Shown here in pieces: positions 52,213-61,896 of a DNA stretch of 64,000 nucleotides. Each line of letters begins with the position of its first letter. Position 1 is the stretch's first letter. A program made the position numbers and the translations under genes. The DNA comes from Rickettsiales bacterium (GTDB lineage Bacteria; Pseudomonadota; Alphaproteobacteria; Rickettsiales; JABSSG01): NCBI GenBank assembly GCA_040221415.1, contig JAVKEN010000014.1, forward strand, positions 732 to 64,731, in the 5' to 3' direction. The notes beneath the pieces are model-generated. The model had not been told where the DNA came from. It saw only the letters and a program-made list of their open reading frames with translations, and did no database searches.

Positions 52213-53376
52213 ATGAAATATGATGCAATAGTAATTGGCGCTGGTGCTGCTGGGTTAATGGCAGCAGTTCAATTAGGCAGTCGCAGCAAAAAAGTTTTAT
52301 TAGTTGAGCATACTAATAAAATAGGAGAGAAAATTAGAATCTCAGGTGGAGGAAGGTGCAACTTCACAAACTTAAGAGCCTCTCCCAAAAATTATATTTC
52401 TGAGAACCCATCTTTTGCAATATCCGCCCTATCGCGTTATTCGCAACATGATTTTATCAAATTAGTCGAAAGTTATAATATCTCCTACCACGAAAAGACT
52501 TTGGGTCAGTTGTTTTGCGACGGCTCTTCAAAGCAAATTATAAATATGCTGGTAGAAGAGTGTAAAAAATCGAACGTTACTATTTCCTTAAACTGCCAAG
52601 TTTCTGCTGTGAAAAAAAATGAGGATTTCCATGTGCAAACCAGTCACGGAAATTTAACTTGCGACTCTTTGATCATTGCAAGCGGAGGTCTTTCTATACC
52701 TAAAATTGGTGCTACAAACTTTGGATATAATATTGCTAAACAATTTGGCTTAAACATTATAACTCCAAGACCTGCTCTTGCGCCATTAACTGTTGCTGAT
52801 AAGGAGTTAGGCTTTTATAAAAACCTAAGTGGCATTTCAATTGATTCATTAGTCAGCTACGGCAAAGTTCAGTTCAAAGAGAATATATTATTTACACACC
52901 GTGGACTTAGCGGTCCAGCGATTTTACAAATATCTTCTTATATAAAAAATTTCCCTGACAATATTATAATAAATTTACTGCCTGATATTGATCTTAAAGA
53001 AATATTTACTAGGCAGAAAAACACTACAGCTTTTTTGAGCGCTATACTCAAAGAATATTTACCAAATAAATTTGTAGATAGCTGGTGTGACAAGTATGGA
53101 AGTAATAAAAAGCTTACTGACTATAAAACAAAGGATTTACTCAATATTGCTGAAACACTTCATAAGTTTGAGGTGAAGGTAAATGACACAGAGGGTTACA
53201 ACAAGGCTGAGGTCACTGCCGGAGGGGTTGACACCAAAGAACTGTCATCCAAAAATATGGAATGTTTGAAGGTTCCAGGACTGTTTTTTATTGGAGAAGT
53301 GGTTGATGTAACAGGATGGCTTGGGGGCTATAACTTCCAATGGGCATGGTCTTCAGCACAAGCTGTTGGGAGGTAA
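52213..53376 (+). CDS. HI0933/YhiN-family NAD(P)/FAD-dependent oxidoreductase
   Basis: MKYDAIVIGAGAAGLMAA dinucleotide fold, GGGRCNFTN motif, 387 aa. Confidence 0.85.
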   Translation: MKYDAIVIGAGAAGLMAAVQLGSRSKKVLLVEHTNKIGEKIRISGGGRCNFTNLRASPKNYISENPSFAISALSRYSQHDFIKLVESYNISYHEKTLGQLFCDGSSKQIINMLVEECKKSNVTISLNCQVSAVKKNEDFHVQTSHGNLTCDSLIIASGGLSIPKIGATNFGYNIAKQFGLNIITPRPALAPLTVADKELGFYKNLSGISIDSLVSYGKVQFKENILFTHRGLSGPAILQISSYIKNFPDNIIINLLPDIDLKEIFTRQKNTTAFLSAILKEYLPNKFVDSWCDKYGSNKKLTDYKTKDLLNIAETLHKFEVKVNDTEGYNKAEVTAGGVDTKELSSKNMECLKVPGLFFIGEVVDVTGWLGGYNFQWAWSSAQAVGR

Positions 53377-53390
53377 GGGTTTTTCTTAAT

Positions 53391-54314
53391 TTATTTTTGC
53401 TCTTTAATAAACTTATCAATTTCCTCGACAATTCTATCGAAATTTTGGGGGCTTATTGCATGAGCAAAATCATCCCAGACAATCAATTTAGAATTTTTAA
53501 TTCTTTTAGCCATCTCTTCACCATGACCAGGAAACACTGGATCTTTCTCTCCTTGAATTATTAAAGTAGGTATCTTTATTAATTCTGGAGCTTTGTCGTG
53601 CAAATCAAAAGAAGCCCTCATTGCTTTTGCGTGGGATGCATATGAATTATGTTTGTCAGTACGCGTATAAAACAACATTGCCTCATCCCTATAAAACTGC
53701 TTATCAAAATTTTCCTGTGAGCCATCAAGCAGCCTCCAAGTTTCAATATAATTATCAACTTTTTCATCCAAACTTTGCTTATCAGCCTGCTGCGTAGCCC
53801 ATTCCACATAATATTTGTGTGGCTGATTTAAATGGCTCTTACTTTCTATGCCATCAAAAGCATCAAAGCCAGGTCGGAAATCAGTTGATGTGCCTAATAA
53901 GATAATAGACTTAGCATATTCAGGCAAATAGGCAGCAATAAATTGATTAATTTGCCCACCCATCGAGAATCCAACAAAATGCGCTTTTTTAATATCATAT
54001 TTTTTTAGAAGATTTACTGCATCATGTGCTAGATCTAGAACGTCATATGGCTCTTTGTCATAGTCAATTTTTGGTGATAAACCTGCATCTCTATAATCAT
54101 AACGAACAACAAAATATCCTTTTGCAGCAAGCTTATTACAAAAACTCTCATGCCAAGTAATTGCCTGATTACCTGCACCAGCATTTAAAATTATTGCAGG
54201 ATTATTTATATCTCCAAAGCTCTCAGAAAATAAAATGATTTCATTTTTTGACATTGCATATACCTTATTTAAGGGCAATAAAAATAATAATATTGAGATT
54301 AAAAGATTGCGCAT
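53391..54314 (-). CDS. alpha/beta-fold hydrolase
   Basis: Nucleophile elbow GFSMGG. Start set to the ATG at 54314 (MRNLLISILLF...) because the track ORF's upstream 33 codons run through the tRNA-Asn gene. Confidence 0.8.
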   Translation of the reverse strand: MRNLLISILLFLLPLNKVYAMSKNEIILFSESFGDINNPAIILNAGAGNQAITWHESFCNKLAAKGYFVVRYDYRDAGLSPKIDYDKEPYDVLDLAHDAVNLLKKYDIKKAHFVGFSMGGQINQFIAAYLPEYAKSIILLGTSTDFRPGFDAFDGIESKSHLNQPHKYYVEWATQQADKQSLDEKVDNYIETWRLLDGSQENFDKQFYRDEAMLFYTRTDKHNSYASHAKAMRASFDLHDKAPELIKIPTLIIQGEKDPVFPGHGEEMAKRIKNSKLIVWDDFAHAISPQNFDRIVEEIDKFIKEQK

Positions 54315-54331
54315 AAACTTTTGCAAAAGTT

Positions 54332-54406
54332 TGGCTCCCCGGGCCGGATTCGAACCAGCGACCGAACGGTTAACAGCCGTTTGCTCTACCACTGAGCTAC
54401 CGAGGA
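54332..54406 (-). tRNA. tRNA-Asn (anticodon GTT)
   Basis: Reverse complement TCCTCGGTAGCTCAGTGGTAGAGCAAACGGCTGTTAACCGTTCGGTCGCTGGTTCGAATCCGGCCCGGGGAGCCA folds as a cloverleaf by hand. It has a 7-bp acceptor stem, D stem GCTC/GAGC, anticodon stem AACGG/CCGTT with loop CTGTTAA, a TTCGAAT T-loop and an encoded CCA. Confidence 0.9.
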
Positions 54407-54497
54407 ACACCAACGAGATCGATTTATAACAAATAAATTTTTATCAATCCAGCATTTTCTTGTATAAAATACCCCTAGAGCAAAAAAAAATGATGAG

Positions 54498-55232
54498 ATG
54501 CCTAACTACGAACAATTCTCCTTAAGAGAAGTTGTGAATCACGCCGTTGAATCTGGAGTTTCACTCGCTACATCTGCGTTCTTTGCATCTACCTGTAACC
54601 AACTGTCATACAACCCTGTCGAAACTTTTTCGTTTTATACTGCTCAAAACAACTGCTATTATCTGTCTCATTTGTTTTTCAAAGATGCAGTCATAGAATT
54701 AGCTGCAGCAATAGGTCACCTCCCCCTATTGAGCATGCCTGGGAAATTTGCAGTAAATTTATTCGGCAAAGAAGGAAATTCACAATCAATTGGTCAGCAA
54801 GAATCTTATAATCAGTTAGTTGAGGGGAGCAATAAAATCATTCCAATCATTGCAACAGAGTGCATGTTCCCAGGCCTGGGGGTTAGCATGCATACTGAAA
54901 TAATGTCATCTTATGCTCGTTCAATAGCATATGATATTTATAATAGCTTCAATCCTAATGCTAGCTACTCTCACTCAGGTCACTTCGCAAATGAATATGA
55001 ATTACACACGGAAATTGAAGCACCAATAATATTGAGTTTGGTTTTGTTATCTAAGCCCTACGATAATTTACTAAACCATCTTTTAGTCGATGAATTCATG
55101 ATTGAGTTTTTTAAAGGATTAGCATTTGAGACAGTCGACCAGGTATGCCCATCTTGCTCTGAAAAGTTTCATAAATTCAGAGAAGGACTAATAGGTCAAT
55201 TCATGCAAACTCCTCAACAAGAAACTTATTGA
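54498..55232 (+). CDS. hypothetical protein
   Basis: 244-aa ORF with backbone composition. No family recognised. Confidence 0.5.
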   Translation: MPNYEQFSLREVVNHAVESGVSLATSAFFASTCNQLSYNPVETFSFYTAQNNCYYLSHLFFKDAVIELAAAIGHLPLLSMPGKFAVNLFGKEGNSQSIGQQESYNQLVEGSNKIIPIIATECMFPGLGVSMHTEIMSSYARSIAYDIYNSFNPNASYSHSGHFANEYELHTEIEAPIILSLVLLSKPYDNLLNHLLVDEFMIEFFKGLAFETVDQVCPSCSEKFHKFREGLIGQFMQTPQQETY

Positions 55233-55284
55233 AATATTACTCATTTACTATTATTCATCTTGTATCTAGCTAAAAAGGTAAAGA

Positions 55285-56904
55285 ATGTCAGAATACGTAT
55301 ACGTAATAAAAGAACTCAATAAGTTCAACTCGCAAGGAAAACAGATTCTTAAAGATGTCTGGTTATCGTTTCTTCCAGGGGCGAAGATTGGAGTTATTGG
55401 CCATAACGGTTCTGGTAAATCCACTTTGATGAAAATCATGGCTGGGATTGAAACTGAGTTTGATGGAGAAGCCTGGTCAGCTAAAAACATCAAAGTAGGC
55501 TACCTACCTCAGGAGCCGCAACTTGACCCAAAGAAAAATGTTTTTGAGAACATCATGTCTAGCTTGTCAGAAGTGACTGACATAATTAAAGAGTTTAACG
55601 AGATAAGCAATAAATTTGCCGAGCCAATGAGTGATGATGAAATGAATAACCTCATTGAAAAGCAAGGTGAATTACAAGAGAAAATTGATGCGGTTGGTGG
55701 TTGGGATGTTGAGCGTGAAGCTGAAATTGCGATGCAAAAATTAAACTGTCCCCCTAAAGACGCAGACGTTACAAAAATCTCAGGTGGTGAAAAAAGACGT
55801 GTAGCATTATGTAAGCTTCTGTTAGAAAAGCCTGACATGTTGCTTCTTGATGAACCAACAAACCATCTAGATGCTGAATCAATTGCATGGCTAGAAAAAT
55901 ATCTAAAAAATTATGCTGGAACAGTTGTTGTTGTTACACATGATAGATACTTCCTGGATAACGTTACTGAATGGATTCTAGAAATTAATCGTGGTGAATG
56001 CATTCCTTGGAAAGGTAAATATTCCGAATGGTTAGACCAAAAACAGAAAAAATTAGCTACAGAATCTAAACAAGAAGATGCCAGACAGAAGCAGCTTGCT
56101 GGCGAGTTAGAATGGATAAGACAGTCTCCTAAAGCAAGACAAGCAAAAAACAAAGCTCGTATTAGCGCTTATGAAAAACTAGCCTCGCAACAAAAGGATT
56201 ATAATGTAGGAACGGCGAAAATAGTAATAGCTGACGGTCCAAGGCTTGGTAATGAAGTTGTTGAAGTTAATGGTTTTACCAAGAAATTTGGTGATCGCAC
56301 TTTAATTAAAGATCTGGACTTCAAAGTTCCTCCTGGTTCTATTGTGGGGATCATTGGCCCTAATGGATATGGTAAAACAACTCTATTTAAAGCTATCTCT
56401 GGAATTGAGAAAGATTACGAGGGAGAAATCAAAATTGGCGATACTGTCAAATTAGGATATGTGGACCAAAGTAGAGATCACCTTGATAACAAGAAAAATG
56501 TATGGGAAGAAATTTCCGGTGGTCACGACCATGTATTACTTGGTAAAAAAGAAGTTAATAGCCGGGCTTATTGCTCAAGTTTTAACTTCAAAGGTTCAGA
56601 TCAACAGAAAGTTCTGGGAGAAATGTCAGGTGGTGAAAGAAATAGAGTGCATTTAGCTAAGCTGTTAAAGACTGGATCAAATGTAATTCTTTTAGATGAA
56701 CCTACCAACGATCTAGATGTTGATACTTTGCGTTCATTAGAAGAAGCAATCTTAGAATTCTCAGGGACAATTCTTGTTATAAGCCATGATAGATGGTTCC
56801 TTGATCGTATTTCTACGCATATTCTTGCTTTTGAGAAAGATAAAATTAATTGGTCAGAAGGAAATTATAGCGATTACGAAGAAAAGTTCTTGGATAAAGA
56901 ATAA
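55285..56904 (+). CDS. ettA: ABC-F translational throttle ATPase EttA
   Basis: Two ABC cassettes (GHNGSGKST, LSGGEKRR, LLLDEPTNHLD; GPNGYGKTT, MSGGERNR, ILLDEPTNDLD), 539 aa, and no TM domain. Confidence 0.9.
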   Translation: MSEYVYVIKELNKFNSQGKQILKDVWLSFLPGAKIGVIGHNGSGKSTLMKIMAGIETEFDGEAWSAKNIKVGYLPQEPQLDPKKNVFENIMSSLSEVTDIIKEFNEISNKFAEPMSDDEMNNLIEKQGELQEKIDAVGGWDVEREAEIAMQKLNCPPKDADVTKISGGEKRRVALCKLLLEKPDMLLLDEPTNHLDAESIAWLEKYLKNYAGTVVVVTHDRYFLDNVTEWILEINRGECIPWKGKYSEWLDQKQKKLATESKQEDARQKQLAGELEWIRQSPKARQAKNKARISAYEKLASQQKDYNVGTAKIVIADGPRLGNEVVEVNGFTKKFGDRTLIKDLDFKVPPGSIVGIIGPNGYGKTTLFKAISGIEKDYEGEIKIGDTVKLGYVDQSRDHLDNKKNVWEEISGGHDHVLLGKKEVNSRAYCSSFNFKGSDQQKVLGEMSGGERNRVHLAKLLKTGSNVILLDEPTNDLDVDTLRSLEEAILEFSGTILVISHDRWFLDRISTHILAFEKDKINWSEGNYSDYEEKFLDKE

Positions 56905-56988
56905 TAAATCCAAATTGCTTGAAATGAAAATTAAAAGCAACTACACTCTCCGTCTGAAAATATCACCCAAATAATAAAGGTTTTGGTT

Positions 56989-57153
56989 ATGGGAATATCA
57001 CTTGCACAATTACTCTTAATTTTGATAGTTGTTTTGATTCTATTTGGCGCAGGAAAATTACCTCAGGTTATGGATCAATTAGGTAAAGGGGTAAAGAATT
57101 TCAAAAACAGTATGAAAAGTGATGAAAAAGAAAAAAAAGATAAGGAAGACTAA
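56989..57153 (+). CDS. tatA: twin-arginine translocase subunit TatA/E
   Basis: Below the track's length cutoff. Own translation gives MGISLAQLLLILIVVLILFGAGKLPQVMDQLGKGVKNFKNSMKSDEKEKKDKED (54 aa), with the typical TatA FG-hinge. Confidence 0.8.
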   Translation: MGISLAQLLLILIVVLILFGAGKLPQVMDQLGKGVKNFKNSMKSDEKEKKDKED

Positions 57154-57782
57154 TGAGCATTCCCTCAGGTAATATAGTAGAAGTTCTTCATAACGTATTG
57201 AGAAGGCACAAGAAAAAAGATATATCTTTTGAAGAAATTGCCGAACTGTTGGAAGGTCATAGTTTGATGTTAATGATTGCTGTTATAGCATTTCCAATGG
57301 CAATTCCGGTACCTACCCCTCCTGGATTCACTACCTTATTTGGCGTGCCTCTTTGCATATTAACAATGCAGTTAATCTTGGGCTATGAAAAACCAAAATT
57401 ACCTAATTTTATAGCCAAAAGAAAAATAAAGACTGCAACTTTTAAAAGCTTCGTTACTAAAGCAGAGCCACTTTTCAATAAGCTATCTAAATGGTTTAAG
57501 CCAAGACAAAAAAAATTCTTATCAAAATCATCAGAAAAAGTAATGGCAACACTAGCATTTTTATGTGCGGTATCAGTTGCTCTTCCTATACTATTTGGAA
57601 ATGCAATTCCATGCGCCGCTATTCTTATTATGGCTCTTGGAATGCTTTACCAAGACGGTGTTATCGTTGTTGTTGGAATGGCCGTTGCAATAGTTGGGTT
57701 GACCATTGCATCAACAGTGGTATTCTTGTTCTTTTGGTTGGGGAAAATAGCATTCTTCAAACTATTTAGCGACTTCTTATAA
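57153..57782 (+). CDS. exoD: ExoD-family exopolysaccharide synthesis membrane protein
   Basis: ATG overlaps the tatA stop (TAATG). ...LEGHSLMLMIAVIAFPMAIPVPTPPGFTTLFGVPL... is typical of ExoD. Confidence 0.7.
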   Translation: MSIPSGNIVEVLHNVLRRHKKKDISFEEIAELLEGHSLMLMIAVIAFPMAIPVPTPPGFTTLFGVPLCILTMQLILGYEKPKLPNFIAKRKIKTATFKSFVTKAEPLFNKLSKWFKPRQKKFLSKSSEKVMATLAFLCAVSVALPILFGNAIPCAAILIMALGMLYQDGVIVVVGMAVAIVGLTIASTVVFLFFWLGKIAFFKLFSDFL

Positions 57783-57803
57783 TTCAATTAAACAGGAGCT
57801 CTT

Positions 57804-58439
57804 ATGACAATTAAACACTCAAATAAACAAGCAAATCAAACTAGCTCTCCTTTTGTTCTGCCTGAATTACCTTTTGATTCAGAAAGTTTAGAACCTCATA
57901 TGAGCGCAAGAACTTTAAGCTTCCATCATGGAAAACATCATGCAACTTATGTAAAAAATCTCAATGGTCTGGTTGAAGAACAAAATCTGGGTAAAAAATC
58001 CCTGGAAGATCTAATTGAATCATCTCATGGTAAGGCTGATAAAGCTGGGGTATTTAATAATGCTGCCCAAGTTTGGAATCATAGCTTTTTCTGGCATTGC
58101 CTTTCTCCAGAGGGCGGAGGTAGGCCCGAAGGTAAGCTTGCAGAAATGATTGAAAAAGATTTTACTAGTTTTGAGAAATTCAAAGATGAATTCAAAAAAG
58201 CTGCTGCAACCCAATTCGGTAGCGGATGGGCATGGCTAGTAGAAAAAGATGGCAAGTTATCTATCGTAAAAACTGCAAACGCTGAGACTCCAATTACAGA
58301 TGGTTATAAAGCCCTCCTTACTTGTGATGTTTGGGAACATGCATATTATTTAGATTTCCAGAACAAAAGACCAGATTATGTTGATACTTTTCTAGAAAAG
58401 ATTGTAAACTGGAATTTTGCTGAGAAAAATCTAGGATAA
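57804..58439 (+). CDS. sodB: Fe/Mn superoxide dismutase
   Basis: FHHGKHHATYV, ...DVWEHAYYLDFQNKRPDYV, 211 aa. Confidence 0.95.
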   Translation: MTIKHSNKQANQTSSPFVLPELPFDSESLEPHMSARTLSFHHGKHHATYVKNLNGLVEEQNLGKKSLEDLIESSHGKADKAGVFNNAAQVWNHSFFWHCLSPEGGGRPEGKLAEMIEKDFTSFEKFKDEFKKAAATQFGSGWAWLVEKDGKLSIVKTANAETPITDGYKALLTCDVWEHAYYLDFQNKRPDYVDTFLEKIVNWNFAEKNLG

Positions 58440-59549
58440 ATGACGCAGAATAAATCTCTTACTGTTATTGGTTTAATGAGTGGAACAACCTTTGATGGGG
58501 TTGATGCCGCTGTAATTAAAACTGATGGCGAAAAAATTAATGATTTAGGCCCTACTATTACTATTACTTATCCGGAAGATTTTAGAAATAAAATTCGCAA
58601 CATCACAACGGGCTCGATAGATCTTAAAAATATTCTCGAACTTGAAGACGAAATAACTTTGCTCCACTGTCATGCAGTTCAAGAACTTCTCAAAACAAAT
58701 AAAATTTCAAAAGAAGATATAGATCTTGTTGCCTTTCATGGACAAACAATTTATCACGACTCTAAAAACTGCAAAACATGGCAGCTAGCTAATGGATCGC
58801 TGATGGTCAGGGAGCTTGGAATAAATGTCATAACTGATTTCCGCCGCAGAGATTTAGCGCATGGTGGAGAAGGAGCTCCATTAGTTCCTTTTTTCCATAA
58901 GGCCATCTCTGAGTCAATGCCTAAACCAATCGCATTTGTGAATATAGGCGGCGTTTCTAATATCACTTACGTGAATAAAGATGGAGAAATGGTAGCATTT
59001 GATTCTGGGCCAGGATGTGCATTAATTGATGATTGGGTATATACAAGAGTTAAAACGCCTTTTGATTATAATGGCGAAATAGCAGCAAGAGGCAAATCAA
59101 ACAAACATAAGATTGATTATTTTATAGAATCCACCCCCTTCTTTAACCAAGTTCCTCCCAAATCTTTAGATAGAAATGAGTTTTCAAATATTTTCAGAAA
59201 ACTTTCCTCTCTAAATACTGCTGATGGAGCAGCTACACTTACAGAATTAAGCGCTCGTGCGATTCATGAAGGTAAGAAATTCTTACCATCACAGCCGGAG
59301 CAATGGGTAGTTTGTGGTGGCGGTAGAAAGAATAAATATTTAATGAATTTATTACGAGATAAATATCAGCTAAACGTAGTTAACATTGATGATTTAAAAT
59401 TCAACAATTTTAAGCTAGATGGTGATTTTATAGAGGCGCAAGCTTTTGCATATCTAGGCGCGAGAAGTTTCAAGAACTTGCCTTACACACTTCCTTCAAC
59501 AACAGGAGCTATTCAACCTGCGTCTGGCGGCGCCTTCTATCAGGCCTAG
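58440..59549 (+). CDS. anmK: anhydro-N-acetylmuramic acid kinase
   Basis: GLMSGTTFDGVDAA N-terminal motif, 369 aa. Confidence 0.9.
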   Translation: MTQNKSLTVIGLMSGTTFDGVDAAVIKTDGEKINDLGPTITITYPEDFRNKIRNITTGSIDLKNILELEDEITLLHCHAVQELLKTNKISKEDIDLVAFHGQTIYHDSKNCKTWQLANGSLMVRELGINVITDFRRRDLAHGGEGAPLVPFFHKAISESMPKPIAFVNIGGVSNITYVNKDGEMVAFDSGPGCALIDDWVYTRVKTPFDYNGEIAARGKSNKHKIDYFIESTPFFNQVPPKSLDRNEFSNIFRKLSSLNTADGAATLTELSARAIHEGKKFLPSQPEQWVVCGGGRKNKYLMNLLRDKYQLNVVNIDDLKFNNFKLDGDFIEAQAFAYLGARSFKNLPYTLPSTTGAIQPASGGAFYQA

Positions 59550-60204
59550 TTTTTTTGGCTTTACGATTCACTAAACAATATTTTATATGATCATCAATAG
59601 TCTTATTAAGATCATCCATTTTTGTGCGGAAAAAATGATCAGCTCCATCAACCATTTTATAAGTTACATCAGACTCTTTTTGTTTAGCAAGCTTATCCAC
59701 CAAACCTCTTACCGATTCTTCAGTAACAATACTGTCAGCATTACCCTGAACAATTAGACCTCGTGTAGGGCAAGGAGCTAAAAATGAAAAATCATATTTA
59801 TTTACCGGAGGAGAAATAGCAACAAACCCTTGAATCTCAGGTCTTCTCATCAAAAGTTGCATAGCGATCCATGCACCAAACGAGAAACCGGAAATCCAAA
59901 CATCATTTGAAACAGGGTTTTGCAATTGAAGCCAATCCAGCGCAGAAGCAGCGTCAGTTAATTCACCTATGCCTTGATCATATTTACCCTGAGATCTACC
60001 GACTCCCCTAAAATTCATTCTTAAAACAGAAAAACCATTATCTGCAAACCTATGAAAAGTATTGTAAACCACCTTGTTGTTCATTGTTCCGCCCTGCTCT
60101 GGGTGCGGGTGTAAAACTAAGGCTACAGGGGGGTTGACTTTGTCACTATGATGGTACCTACCCTCTATTCTGCCTTCAGATCCATTGAACATTATTTCTG
60201 GCAT
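59509..60204 (-). CDS. alpha/beta hydrolase (COG2945-like)
   Basis: MPEIMFNGSEGRIEGRYHH...LHPHPEQGGTMNNKVV...GFSFGAW. The 3' end overlaps the anmK 3' end by 41 nt (convergent). Confidence 0.75.
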   Translation of the reverse strand: MPEIMFNGSEGRIEGRYHHSDKVNPPVALVLHPHPEQGGTMNNKVVYNTFHRFADNGFSVLRMNFRGVGRSQGKYDQGIGELTDAASALDWLQLQNPVSNDVWISGFSFGAWIAMQLLMRRPEIQGFVAISPPVNKYDFSFLAPCPTRGLIVQGNADSIVTEESVRGLVDKLAKQKESDVTYKMVDGADHFFRTKMDDLNKTIDDHIKYCLVNRKAKKTRPDRRRRQTQVE

Positions 60205-60220
60205 AAAATTAACTCCGATA

Positions 60221-60252
60221 ATACTTGACTAAAATACTAGGTTATTTATAAT
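60221..60252 (+). promoter_or_regulatory. sigma70-type promoter overlapping an IscR type-1-like operator upstream of iscR
   Basis: TTGACT (60225-60230), 16-nt spacer, TATAAT (60247-60252). ATACTTGACTAAAATACTAGGTTAT (60221-60245) matches 22 of 25 positions of the type-1 consensus ATASYYGACTRWWWYAGTCRRSTAT as I recall it. Confidence 0.55.
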
Positions 60253-60307
60253 TCGAATGAAGTTAAGATACACATGTAGAGCTAATATTGCAAGCAATTG
60301 ATTTACT

Positions 60308-60763
60308 ATGAAACTTTCCACAAGAACCAGATATGCCATCATGGCAATAGTTGACATAGCCTATTATAGCAAAGGTTCGCCGGTCAATCTTGCTGATATA
60401 GCAAAGCGTGAAAATATTGCGGTAAATTACCTAGAACAAATCTTTGTGAATCTTAGAAAAAATAACTTGGTAGAGTCAGTCAAAGGCCCTGGTGGTGGCT
60501 ACAAACTTTCCAAACCAGCAGATCAAATAACCGTTGCAGATGTAATGCGCTCTATGGATATTAATTTTAAAATGACAAGGTGCGGCACTTCTAAAGATAA
60601 AAAATGCGTTACTGATAGTGTTAAATGTATGACTCATGGTCTCTGGAAAGGTTTAGAATCTAATATTGTTGGATATTTCTCAGCAATCACCCTGCAAGAC
60701 GTTATCAGTAAAAACGTTAATATTAGACAAGAGACTACAGAAGCCGAGGTAAGAGTGCTATGA
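60308..60763 (+). CDS. iscR: Rrf2-family Fe-S cluster regulator IscR
   Basis: MKLSTRTRYAIMAIVDIA... wHTH, GPGGGYKL, and three Cys (C..KKC..VKC) in the cluster-ligand region. Confidence 0.85.
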   Translation: MKLSTRTRYAIMAIVDIAYYSKGSPVNLADIAKRENIAVNYLEQIFVNLRKNNLVESVKGPGGGYKLSKPADQITVADVMRSMDINFKMTRCGTSKDKKCVTDSVKCMTHGLWKGLESNIVGYFSAITLQDVISKNVNIRQETTEAEVRVL

Positions 60764-61896
60764 CAAGAATATTTTTTGATCATAACTCAACTACAAATAT
60801 TCTATCTAAGGCAAGAGAGGCCTTTGATGCTTGTTTATCAGAGCCTCATAACCCCTCCTCTATCCACTCGTTTGGCAGAGCCTCTAGGCAAGCCATAGAA
60901 GATGCAAAGAAAAAAATTCTCGCGTCTTTAAATTTAAGCAGCTTGGCATATGAAGTTATTTTCACTTCATCCGGCACCGAAGCAAATAATCTTGCTATCA
61001 ATGGAGTTGATTGTGAAGAGATATTAATATCAAATATAGAACATTTGAGTATTCTAGAGGCAGCAAAGCACAGTGGAAAATCTAATATTATTATTTCCGT
61101 TGATAAAAATGGTTTGATTGACCTAGACGAACTAGAACAAAAAGTCCAAGAATCTGATTCTAAGAAATTAATAAGCATTATTTATGCAAATAATGAAACA
61201 GGAGTTATTCAAAATATTCGTGAAATAGCTAATGTTGTTAAAAAGCATAATTGCCTTATACATAGCGACTGTTCACAAGCATATGGGAAAATCAAACTTG
61301 ATCTAAGCGACTGTAATCTTGATGCAATCACCATTTCTGGACATAAAATAGGTGCTCATCAAGGCGTAGCTGCCATTATTAAAAAGAAATCTTTAAATCT
61401 CAAGCCATTAATGCATGGTGGTGGACAAGAATTTGGCATTAGACCAGGGACAGAGAATGTTCCTGCAATTTGCGGATTAGGTGCAATTGCAAATGATATA
61501 ATTGAGATTAATAATAAATATAGTGGATTGGCATCTCTACGAAATTTAATTGAGGATGAGTTAAAATCTGCATCTGATAACGTTGAATTTCTTTCAGAAA
61601 AAGTTGACAGGCTGCCAAACACATCATCTATTTGCTTCAATGGAATTGATAATAATCTTATATTAATACAGCTTGATTTAGCTGGGTTTGCAGTCAGCGC
61701 AGGTTCCGCTTGCTCCTCTGGAAAAATAGAACCTTCTTATGTAATCAAAGCAATGACTCATGATGTTGACAAAGCAAAAAATACAATTAGGGTCAGCCTA
61801 GGACTAGATAATACTAAGGAACAAATCAAAAAGTTTATTGATACTTGCAAAGAGATAATTGAAAAGCAAAATTCTAATATTAAAATGAGAGCATAA
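60760..61896 (+). CDS. NifS-like cysteine desulfurase (first of two tandem copies)
   Basis: Class-V aminotransferase with SGHKIGAHQG (PLP Lys) and SAGSACSSG (active Cys). Confidence 0.85.
   Translation: MTRIFFDHNSTTNILSKAREAFDACLSEPHNPSSIHSFGRASRQAIEDAKKKILASLNLSSLAYEVIFTSSGTEANNLAINGVDCEEILISNIEHLSILEAAKHSGKSNIIISVDKNGLIDLDELEQKVQESDSKKLISIIYANNETGVIQNIREIANVVKKHNCLIHSDCSQAYGKIKLDLSDCNLDAITISGHKIGAHQGVAAIIKKKSLNLKPLMHGGGQEFGIRPGTENVPAICGLGAIANDIIEINNKYSGLASLRNLIEDELKSASDNVEFLSEKVDRLPNTSSICFNGIDNNLILIQLDLAGFAVSAGSACSSGKIEPSYVIKAMTHDVDKAKNTIRVSLGLDNTKEQIKKFIDTCKEIIEKQNSNIKMRA

Noticed and set aside
54332-54406. tRNA-Asn as the integration site of the 46-52 kb accessory block
   Set aside because: No integrase was seen, and no direct repeat of the tRNA 3' end was noticed by eye. 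Two core genes (a flavoprotein and a hydrolase) lie between the tRNA and the block. A formal repeat search would be needed.
54315-54413. N-terminal 33 codons of track ORF 53391..54413 (MVFLGSSVVEQTAVNRSVAGSNPARG...)
   Set aside because: This stretch is the antisense reading of the tRNA-Asn gene (54332-54406). The hydrolase start was moved to the ATG at 54314. The plus-strand ORF 54235..54429 is rejected for the same reason.
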